From a virus (taxonomy: Duplodnaviria > Caudoviricetes): 50,659 bases of DNA. Location of the stretch: positions 1-50,659 of IMG/VR virus record IMGVR_UViG_3300020144_000015; one strand, 5' to 3'. The notes beneath the pieces were generated by a model, which saw only the letters and a program-made list of their open reading frames with translations, did not search any database and was not told the DNA's origin. A program made the position numbers and the translations under genes. Below, piece after piece: positions 43,679 through 50,659 of this stretch (position 1 is its first letter; the number at the start of each line of letters is the position of its first letter).

Positions 43679-45451
43679 ATGAGGCTTTCGACCGGCACGG
43701 TCACCGTTGCCAATGGCGAAACCGCCGTTACCGCCTGGCTGGGCGATGACGATGTGGTGCTTTCCGAAATCACGGCGCCGGCAGGCAGCGCGGTGGTCAT
43801 CGAAGGCTGCGCCAATTTTATCGCCGAGCGATCCAGCACCACGACCTTTTCGCTGCTGCTGCCGCATGCCGGGGCCGGTGGCTCGGGACTGGCAACGGCG
43901 ATCAACGCCGCCGCTGCCGCCGAAACGCAGGTCGCCACGCTCAATGCGCGCACGGCGCGGGTCATCCAGGAGTTGTCCACGCTCGATGCCAATGGGCGCG
44001 GGCTGTTCTTCAACCTCATCGGCGTCACCGGCGACAATGATCCCGGCCCGGGCCGGATGGCCTTCAATGCCGGCGTGCCCGACGACGTGACCGAGATCTA
44101 TTTCGACGTGCTCGACGCCAATGAGGGCGGGCGGGACGTGACCGGGCTTCTCGGGCTCTGGAAGGCCGGCACGGTGCTGATCGTCCGCTCGCTCGCCAGC
44201 ACCGCCTATGCCGCCTTCCAGATCAGCAGCACGCCCGACGCCACGCCGGGCTATCGCAGGATCACGGTGGTCTTTGTCGGCAGCTCAGGCGCCCTGGCCG
44301 AAGAGCCCGTGGGGGTGGAATGGGTCATTTTGGGGGAGGGCATCGAGATCGGCCGCACCGGTCCCTTTGCGGAACGCGCCGGCTTTGACGACGCGCCGGC
44401 CGGCTTCATCTATGCGTCGGTGGATGGGGATGGCGACGAAATCACCACCTCCGTGCTGTTCCAGAAGCGCAGCGCCGCCTCGGCCGACTGGTCGCCCGCT
44501 CTGCCCTTCGAGGGGCGAAAGGGGGACAAGGGCGACATTGGCGATATGGGGCCGATCGGGCCGCGCGGCATCACGCCGCGCGGTTCCTATGACGACGAAG
44601 CCGAATATGACGAAGGGGATTCCGTCCTTGACCACGGCTCCACCTGGGCAGCGCTGCAAACAACCACCGGCAATGCCCCGCCTGTCTTGCCCACAACCAG
44701 CAATGCATGGTGGCAGTTGCTGGCGCGTGCCGGGGAGGACGGGGCCGGCACCGGCGACGTGAAGGGGCCGGTCTCTTCGGTTGCAGGTCGGATTGCCGTT
44801 TTCAAAGATGGCACCGGCAAGGAGATCGAGGACAGCGGCAAGACGCTGGCGGAGCTGGAACCTGCTGACGGGAGCGTCGGCAATGCAAAGCTGGCCGATA
44901 TGGCGGAGGCAACTGTCAAGGGCAGGTCGTCTGGGGATGGATCGGGTGCGCCGCAGGATTTGACGGCTGCCCAAGCGCGCAAATTCCTTGGGCCGCGCAG
45001 CAAGTCAGCACCGCTCTACACGTCCGATGCACTGCTCACCAACCCGATAACATTAGGCAACAGCACGCCGACGTCGTCCATGGGCACAGAAATCCAGACG
45101 GTTGAATTTGCGGCAAACAGCGCGACCAGCAAGGTCGTGGTTGAATTCCACGCATCTGGATCGCACGCATCCAGCGACAGTGCGTTGCTGGCGATCCTGC
45201 TGGTCGACAGCGAAACAACGGCTCGAGCGACATCGCTCCCCGTAAATCCGCCCCCTGCGCCCGGCGGCATCGGATATCTCACGCCACTGTTCTTGCGGTA
45301 CGAATGGGTGCCGGGAGACACCTTGCCGCATATCTACAGGATAAGGGTTGGCGCAGGCGGTGGCTCCATGCGGCTGAATGTGAGTGGCGCCAGCATGGGG
45401 GGCACCGTGGGGGCGACGCTGACGGCCGAAGATACAGGAGAACCTCCCTAG
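43679..45451 (+). CDS. Tail fibre protein
   Basis: TGTVTVANG N-terminus, short collagen G-X-Y run, Y..GD.V...GSTW module, GTGDVKGP, ADGSVGNAKLA. Confidence 0.82.
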   Translation: MRLSTGTVTVANGETAVTAWLGDDDVVLSEITAPAGSAVVIEGCANFIAERSSTTTFSLLLPHAGAGGSGLATAINAAAAAETQVATLNARTARVIQELSTLDANGRGLFFNLIGVTGDNDPGPGRMAFNAGVPDDVTEIYFDVLDANEGGRDVTGLLGLWKAGTVLIVRSLASTAYAAFQISSTPDATPGYRRITVVFVGSSGALAEEPVGVEWVILGEGIEIGRTGPFAERAGFDDAPAGFIYASVDGDGDEITTSVLFQKRSAASADWSPALPFEGRKGDKGDIGDMGPIGPRGITPRGSYDDEAEYDEGDSVLDHGSTWAALQTTTGNAPPVLPTTSNAWWQLLARAGEDGAGTGDVKGPVSSVAGRIAVFKDGTGKEIEDSGKTLAELEPADGSVGNAKLADMAEATVKGRSSGDGSGAPQDLTAAQARKFLGPRSKSAPLYTSDALLTNPITLGNSTPTSSMGTEIQTVEFAANSATSKVVVEFHASGSHASSDSALLAILLVDSETTARATSLPVNPPPAPGGIGYLTPLFLRYEWVPGDTLPHIYRIRVGAGGGSMRLNVSGASMGGTVGATLTAEDTGEPP

Positions 45452-46388
45452 CGACGAGTTATTGGGCAGATGGCGCCTGGTTTCGGCGTCGAATAGCTGG
45501 GATGGCCGCGACGGCGCCGGCCTGTTTTCCATGGGTGGAAATCTCCACATGGTCGGTGGCTGGAACCCGATTGCGTGGAACCCGTATGTGCGCAACGAGC
45601 ACTGGCGATCGGCCGACGACGGCAAGACCTGGGTGCAACTTGCGGACGCGCCATGGGAGGCGCGGCACTCGGCTGGATGGCTCGACCATAACGGCAAATT
45701 CTTCGTCATCGGCGGCGACAACCAGCTTGGTCACTATCAGCGTGATGTCTGGGCCTATGACGATGTGAACGGCTGGGTTCAGAAGGCGGCAACAACACCA
45801 TGGGGCAAGCGCGTGCTGCATCAGGTTGCCAGCCACAACGGCAAAATCTGGGTAATTGCTGGTCAAACGTGGGACGATTTCCCGGTCTCAGACCCGGTTG
45901 GCATGACGCCGAAGCACTACACTGATGTGTGGTCATCCGCCGACGAAGGCGCGACTTGGAGCCTCGAAACCAACGCACTCTCCTTTGGCCCGATGAGCAC
46001 AGTCATCGGAGTGCCGTTCGTGAACGGGAAATTCTGGATGATTGGAGGAGGTCGATACGCCACGGAGGGTTGGCCTGACACCTTCTATGACACTGCATTC
46101 TCATCTCCCGACCTCATTACATGGACCTACGAAAGCACGCTTCCGGTCGGAGCGCTTCGCTACAATGCCGTGGTTGCCTTCAAAGATCATATCGTGAGCA
46201 TCGGCGGTGTGGACGGGGCGAACACCAATAGTCAGTTCGTCATCGCCTCAAAGGATGGCGTGAGCTGGCGCAACTTGTCGCCAGCTCCATGGGCCGCGCG
46301 CCACGCTATGAGCGCGTGTGTGCACAAGGGTGAGGTCTACATGCTGGGTGGCCCGCTCAGCGACACGAGCGTGTGGGCGCTGAGCTAG
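45450..46388 (+). CDS. Kelch-repeat beta-propeller; probably a +1 frameshift extension of the tail fibre
   Basis: Six GG-type blades with PW..R repeats; frame open from 45423; first possible start is TTG 45462 with no well-spaced RBS. Confidence 0.8.
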   Translation, partial: SDELLGRWRLVSASNSWDGRDGAGLFSMGGNLHMVGGWNPIAWNPYVRNEHWRSADDGKTWVQLADAPWEARHSAGWLDHNGKFFVIGGDNQLGHYQRDVWAYDDVNGWVQKAATTPWGKRVLHQVASHNGKIWVIAGQTWDDFPVSDPVGMTPKHYTDVWSSADEGATWSLETNALSFGPMSTVIGVPFVNGKFWMIGGGRYATEGWPDTFYDTAFSSPDLITWTYESTLPVGALRYNAVVAFKDHIVSIGGVDGANTNSQFVIASKDGVSWRNLSPAPWAARHAMSACVHKGEVYMLGGPLSDTSVWALS

Positions 46389-46421
46389 CCCAATCTTTTT
46401 TCACCATCACAGGAGGCCGAT

Positions 46422-47225
46422 ATGGCCCTTAACGAACGGTTCTTCGCGGCCGTGCGCGCAACGCTCTATGGCGGCAAGCTGACAAATGCGCAGGTCGAAG
46501 GCCTCAATGCCATTGCGGCCGCCTTCGAAAAACATGGCGATGGGGACCGGCGCAAGCTGGCATATATTATGGCCACGGCGCACCACGAAACGGGCCGCCA
46601 GTTCGGCCCGCGCGTCGAAAACCTCAACTACACCTCGGCAGCGCGGATCGTGGCGGTGTGGCCGAAGCGGTTCACGCTGGAAACGGCCAAGGCCTATGTG
46701 CGCCGCCCCGTCGCGCTGGCCAACAAGGTCTATAATGGCCGGCTGGGCAATCGTCCCGGCAGCAATGATGGCTGGGATTTTCGGGGCAGGGGGCTCCCGA
46801 TGCTGACCGGGTACGACCACTACGTCTGGTTTGGCAAGGAGCTGGGTGTCGACCTCGCCGGCCAGCCCGACCTCGCGTTGCAGGCGGACATCGGCGCGGC
46901 GGCGCTGGTCATCGGCATGGTGCGGGGCAAGTTCACCGGCAAGGCGCTGGCGCCTGGCGTCCCCGACTATGTGAGCGCGCGGGCGACGATCAACGCCGAC
47001 GCCGGCACGAAGTCGGCCGACGGCAAGACCTTCGGGTCGATGATCGCGGGCTATGCTCAAAAATTCGAGGTGGCGCTGAAGGCGGGGTGGTCTCCCGGCG
47101 CGCCGGCTGGGCAGCTGGAGCCCGTTCCGACGGTGCCGCTGCCCGAGCCGCCCGAGACGCTCCTTTCCATTCTCCTGGCCGCGATTGCGGCCTTTTTCAT
47201 GCGCATCAGAAAGGAAAAGCCATGA
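46422..47225 (+). CDS. Endolysin, GH19 (chitinase/lysozyme-like)
   Basis: LAYIMATAHHETG, ENLNY, FRGRGLPMLTG..Y, PDLA; C-terminal hydrophobic segment. Confidence 0.88.
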   Translation: MALNERFFAAVRATLYGGKLTNAQVEGLNAIAAAFEKHGDGDRRKLAYIMATAHHETGRQFGPRVENLNYTSAARIVAVWPKRFTLETAKAYVRRPVALANKVYNGRLGNRPGSNDGWDFRGRGLPMLTGYDHYVWFGKELGVDLAGQPDLALQADIGAAALVIGMVRGKFTGKALAPGVPDYVSARATINADAGTKSADGKTFGSMIAGYAQKFEVALKAGWSPGAPAGQLEPVPTVPLPEPPETLLSILLAAIAAFFMRIRKEKP

Positions 47226-47461
47226 ACAAGGTTTGGGATTTTCTCGTCCGGTGGCGCACCCGCCTCTTCAATGGGATCGGTGCGTTTCTCGTGCTCGCGG
47301 CGCCGCTGCTCGGCGCGCCCGAAGTGCAGGCGATCATTCCGCCCCAATACTTGCCCTACGTGATCGCGGCGGTGTTCATCATCAATGTCTGGATGCGCCC
47401 CCGGGTCGCCGTGCGTGCTGACGACGTGGAGGCCAGCGTCAGCCGGTCGCGGAGGCGTTGA
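47222..47461 (+). CDS. Small membrane protein (holin-like)
   Basis: Two hydrophobic segments, basic tail. Confidence 0.65.
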   Translation: MNKVWDFLVRWRTRLFNGIGAFLVLAAPLLGAPEVQAIIPPQYLPYVIAAVFIINVWMRPRVAVRADDVEASVSRSRRR

Positions 47462-47865
47462 TGCTGCAAGCTATCCTCAAATGGCTGGGCGGCGGCGTGG
47501 TGAAGCAATTCACCGATCCGCTGCTGGAAGCCTATCGGGCTAAGCTCAGCGCCCAGAACGATGCCGAGCGGCTGGCGGCCGAGCAGCAGATCGCGTTTTA
47601 CCAAGGACAGATCACCCTGGCGCGGGAGGCGGCCCAGAGCGACCGCTGGTATTCTCCTCGGTCGCTGATGGCCTATTGCGCCACCATTGTCGTGGGCAAA
47701 CTGTTGGTATGGGACACTGTGCTGGGGCTGGGCGTAACGCCCGACCCGGGCTCCATCGTCAATGGCATTGTTCTGACCATCATCGGTTTCTATTTCGGCG
47801 CCAAGGCCCTTTCAGACCTGGGCGGGAAGCTGCTCACCGCGGTGCTCTCGGGGAAAAATCGATGA
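47461..47865 (+). CDS. Holin-like membrane protein (3TM-holin-like)
   Basis: R.LMAY...KLLVWD...IIGFYFG. Confidence 0.65.
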   Translation: MLQAILKWLGGGVVKQFTDPLLEAYRAKLSAQNDAERLAAEQQIAFYQGQITLAREAAQSDRWYSPRSLMAYCATIVVGKLLVWDTVLGLGVTPDPGSIVNGIVLTIIGFYFGAKALSDLGGKLLTAVLSGKNR

Positions 47866-48185
47866 CCGACCCTGTTCAGACCTTTTTGGGCGTCAAGGTC
47901 ACCACCCTGGTCGCCTCGGGCATTATGGCGGTTCTGGCCGTGCTGCTCGATATCCGCCGGCATAATCTGGTCACCGGCATCCTGGCTGTGGTGTCCGGCA
48001 TGGCCGTGGCCGTTCTGGCTACCGATCCTATCGTCGCCAACCTCAACCTGCCCGGTGATTGGTCGCACGCCATTGCCGGTGTGCTCGGCATCTCCGGGCG
48101 CAACCTCATCATCTGGTGGGCGCTGGTCAGCAAGGACCCAATGGCGCTCTGGGATCGGATCAGGGGCAAGGGGACAAAGAGTTAG
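47862..48185 (+). CDS. Membrane protein (holin-like)
   Basis: Three hydrophobic segments; ATGA-coupled. Confidence 0.65.
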   Translation: MTDPVQTFLGVKVTTLVASGIMAVLAVLLDIRRHNLVTGILAVVSGMAVAVLATDPIVANLNLPGDWSHAIAGVLGISGRNLIIWWALVSKDPMALWDRIRGKGTKS

Positions 48186-48441
48186 TTGCCGCGACATTGC
48201 CCAACAAAACGACCCCCCGAGCATTGCTCGCGGGGCCGTTCCAGCAGTTCAGAAAGCAGCCATTTGCAGGGCAGCAACTTTTTTACTTTGAGATCGTTTC
48301 GGGTTCAACGGGATAGGATTGCTGGGCAAGGCGCGTAGCGCTACAAAAAGACCGTCTCAGCTGTCGGGACGCTCTGTGGTAGTTGCCGGTCCTGTGGGGC
48401 CTGTTAACACGGCGCGGCGCTTCGGTGCTTAGCCACCAAAT

Positions 48442-48470
48442 AAAGCCAGCTCTCCGGAGCTGGCTTTTTC
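48442..48470. terminator. Bidirectional intrinsic terminator
   Basis: AAAGCCAGCTC-TCCG-GAGCTGGCTTTTT between convergent units. Confidence 0.85.
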
Positions 48471-48472
48471 GT

Positions 48473-49030
48473 TCAGCCCCGACGCCCAATGATTGTGTCC
48501 AGCGGGTCGGGCGGCATGGCCCCGGCAAGCATCATTTCGATTGCGACCTGCACCGGGCCTGTGACTTTGGTTTTTCCCGTGATCCAGTCCTGCACCGATC
48601 TGCCCGGATCGCGGCCACCGAGGCGCAAAGCGCGGGCAAGCTCAAAATTATGCAGGGCGCGCGAGAGGCCCCACATCTCGCCAAGCCGGGTCTTGGCGAT
48701 GATGATCTCAGCGCCAGGATCGGGGCGCAGCTCGTATTCGTCCAACCTTTTTTGCGCGTCAGGCTGGCGTAAGTCGATGTTGTCAACGATCCGAGCGCCA
48801 TCCTTATCCTCAAGGATGCGCAGGGCAGCGAAGGTATCAAGGTTAACCAGGGCGACCAGCTTCTTGCCATCCTTCGTAACCGGCCAGGATGCGACGATGC
48901 TGGGGCGCGGCTGTTCTGCCAGCCAGGCGGCGCGTGGCGCGCCTTCGGGCCGGCGCGATGCGGCTTCGTTGATCCACGCCTTGCCGGCGCGGTAGGCGGC
49001 AAGGGCGGTTTCGAGTTGTAGGTTGGCCAT
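48473..49030 (-). CDS. Hypothetical protein with C-terminal XRE-like HTH
   Basis: ELARALRLGG....RSVQDWITGKTKVTGPV. Confidence 0.7.
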   Translation of the reverse strand: MANLQLETALAAYRAGKAWINEAASRRPEGAPRAAWLAEQPRPSIVASWPVTKDGKKLVALVNLDTFAALRILEDKDGARIVDNIDLRQPDAQKRLDEYELRPDPGAEIIIAKTRLGEMWGLSRALHNFELARALRLGGRDPGRSVQDWITGKTKVTGPVQVAIEMMLAGAMPPDPLDTIIGRRG

Positions 49031-49040
49031 GTCGGTTGCC

Positions 49041-49379
49041 TCAAGCCTTCATCGCATCGATGATGTGGGAGGCATCCGTCTTGGTCAGGCGGCCGCCTGA
49101 CAGAACGTTGAAGTCGTTATTCTTGATGGCGAGCGAGACGATGAAGTCGATCTGAGCCTTGGTGGCGCCGAACTGCTGGGCGGCGCGCGATGCGCTGCTC
49201 AAGGCACCCCGGAGGTCCTCGGCGGGCGAGGCAACCTTGACATTCAACTTTCCGGCAGCGGCGGCGTCCTGAACGAACCAGCGATAGAAGCTGTAGATGC
49301 TCTCATCGTCGCCGTTCCACGAAGCAAGGCTTTCTCGCACGTCGCCAAACACAGCCTTGAGCGCTTCGGTCTTGGTCAT
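49041..49379 (-). CDS. Hypothetical protein
   Basis: GGAG RBS; ATKAQIDFI..L...LTKTDASHIID motif. Confidence 0.7.
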   Translation of the reverse strand: MTKTEALKAVFGDVRESLASWNGDDESIYSFYRWFVQDAAAAGKLNVKVASPAEDLRGALSSASRAAQQFGATKAQIDFIVSLAIKNNDFNVLSGGRLTKTDASHIIDAMKA

Positions 49380-49431
49380 CTTTCGTCTCCATCGAGTGGG
49401 GCGCTGCCCCGTTGCTGATGAATACTTATCC

Positions 49432-49444
49432 CACATTGAATGTG
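49432..49444. promoter_or_regulatory. Palindromic operator in a minus-strand promoter spacer
   Basis: CACATT-G-AATGTG, just downstream of a minus-strand TTGCAA. Confidence 0.5.
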
Positions 49445-49488
49445 TAGTTGCAAGCGCTATATCGTGGTGATGGACTTTCTTTGGTTGG

Positions 49489-49788
49489 CTATTCCATCTC
49501 CGGCACCTGGCCCCATTCATGAATGGTCACGGGGTCGCCGAATTCGCCATTGACCAGATCGGCCGAGCGCCACCAGGCAATGACGCCCTGATATTTTCCC
49601 GAGGCCGCCAGAAGGCGGGCCTGCGTTTTGGCCGCGCTTTCGCTCTGCATCTCGCGCGGCTCGAAAGCGGGCTGTAGCTCACCCTCTTCGTCGCGGGCAA
49701 AGGCCATCAGGACGATGAGCTTCGTCGGCTTCGGGATGTGCGGCTGGCCGGTCGAGCCGTTTTCGGTGGTATAGGAACTGGTGTGCAT
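49489..49788 (-). CDS. Hypothetical protein
   Basis: 99 aa; GGAG RBS; GVIAW.R.AD...GEFGDP. Confidence 0.7.
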   Translation of the reverse strand: MHTSSYTTENGSTGQPHIPKPTKLIVLMAFARDEEGELQPAFEPREMQSESAAKTQARLLAASGKYQGVIAWWRSADLVNGEFGDPVTIHEWGQVPEME

Positions 49789-49830
49789 GTGATCGGCTCC
49801 CATCTTGACTCGCGTTGCCTCTCGGAACGA

Positions 49831-49845
49831 GAACACAATAAGAAC
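49831..49845 (+). promoter_or_regulatory. Alphaproteobacterial LexA (SOS) box
   Basis: GAAC-ACAATAA-GAAC (GAAC-N7-GAAC) between divergent genes. Confidence 0.75.
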
Positions 49846-49866
49846 AAACATGAGCGCGAGGCAAGC

Positions 49867-50064
49867 ATGCTCACTTTCAAAACGACGTTGAAAGGCCGAA
49901 AAGGCCGCAACATCCAGCCGACGCCGGATGAGGCCGCCGAGATGCGGGCGCTGGGGTTCCGGTTCTCGATCTATGAGCCGGCCACCGGCGAGCTGCAACT
50001 GTCGCTGCCCAGCAGCCTGGTCATTGTCACCGGCCGGGATGAGCTGATCTTCGAGCAGCCGTAA
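49867..50064 (+). CDS. Small hypothetical protein, likely SOS-regulated
   Basis: 65 aa; GAGG RBS; 21 nt after the SOS box. Confidence 0.65.
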   Translation: MLTFKTTLKGRKGRNIQPTPDEAAEMRALGFRFSIYEPATGELQLSLPSSLVIVTGRDELIFEQP

Positions 50065-50077
50065 TCGCGGGCCGGTT

Positions 50078-50659
50078 ATGCCTTTCGACCCGCGCACCAT
50101 AACGATCGGGGCCTATCGCCCGGAGAACTGGCGCATCGAATGCACGCGCTGCCGCCGTTCGGCCGTGGTCGAGCGGCACGCCATGCAGCGCCGATTCGGC
50201 GGCGACATTACCCTTGCCGAATGCGCGCGGCAGGTGGCCGCGCAGAGGGGATGCAACCTGGCTTCGCTCGAAGGCGGCCATGGGTGCAGCGTTAGGGTGG
50301 AAGAAACGGAGGTCTGGACCTGGGCCCGGCTTCACCACGCGCGCATGGGCGATTGGCAGGTCTATCTCACTTGCCACCGCAAGATGGCGGGCCTGAAAGC
50401 GGCCGACAGCTGCCCCGAGGCGATCCGCCTCGATATCCTGTCGCTCATAGCATTGCTGGGCGATGATTTTCCCTTGGCCCATGTCCCCGCCAAGCTCAAA
50501 TGCCCGCGCTGCGGCACCGCGCGGATCGATGTCGAATGGCATGTGCCCAGGCCCCCGGAGACGCCGGCGCCGGTTCAAGACCTGCCGGAGCCGATGCGGC
50601 TGCGGCCGCGCGGCGCGGCGCTGGCAAGGGAGAGGTTTGGCGTGGTGAAGGGCGGGTGA
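50078..50659 (+). CDS. Cys-rich Zn-ribbon-like protein (two related halves)
   Basis: CTRC...C..C and CHR..C...CPRC. Confidence 0.7.
   Translation: MPFDPRTITIGAYRPENWRIECTRCRRSAVVERHAMQRRFGGDITLAECARQVAAQRGCNLASLEGGHGCSVRVEETEVWTWARLHHARMGDWQVYLTCHRKMAGLKAADSCPEAIRLDILSLIALLGDDFPLAHVPAKLKCPRCGTARIDVEWHVPRPPETPAPVQDLPEPMRLRPRGAALARERFGVVKGG

Larger units (their letters stand above)
1..50659. mobile_element. Temperate siphovirus-like prophage (cos/HNH, HK97-type head, non-contractile tail), probably alphaproteobacterial
   Basis: Ordered integrase, immunity, replication, packaging, head, tail and lysis modules. No tail sheath gene seen. Boundaries/att sites not visible. Confidence 0.95.

Noticed and set aside
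37802-46388. Second DGR target (VR) in tail or fibre genes
   Set aside because: No TR-like sequence or GGxW..SR..G.R C-terminus seen by eye. A BLASTn of TR against the window and host genome is still needed.
1-50659. attL/attR, tRNA, rRNA, CRISPR arrays
   Set aside because: None recognised; the window is cut at gene ends on both sides, so att sites probably lie outside it

Overview
The window is an apparently near-complete temperate siphovirus-type prophage of a high-GC host, probably an alphaproteobacterium. It begins exactly at the integrase stop codon, and no att sites are visible. Order: int/xis and leftward early genes (1-2691); a lambda-like cI/cro switch with four CGGA-N6-TCCG operators; a long, translationally coupled rightward early operon (cII-like, C5 methylase, helicase-methylase fusion, primase, D5-type helicase); HNH/cos/terminase and an HK97-type head; tail genes interrupted by an immI-like RHH/RHH/Rha cassette; a lysis cassette; and a terminal accessory region with a LexA box. 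The main result is a complete BPP-1-like diversity-generating retroelement (mtd-like target/VR, hairpin, avd, TR, RT; 12871-15524). VR and TR differ at 13 of 119 nt, all at TR adenines. Unusually, the element sits inside the early methylase/replication operon about 28 kb from the tail fibre. Its Mtd-like target also appears to lack the N-terminal beta-prism, so it may be a non-virion diversified binder. Other notable signals: (1) antisense mini-cassettes, and the TR itself, are bridged by sense-strand ORFs that keep translational coupling unbroken; (2) a CCC-TAG +1 frameshift site would fuse a Kelch propeller onto the tail fibre; (3) three co-varying palindromes encode the variable segment of tandem Rha copies. 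Family assignments come from motif recognition and remembered sequences, not from database searches.
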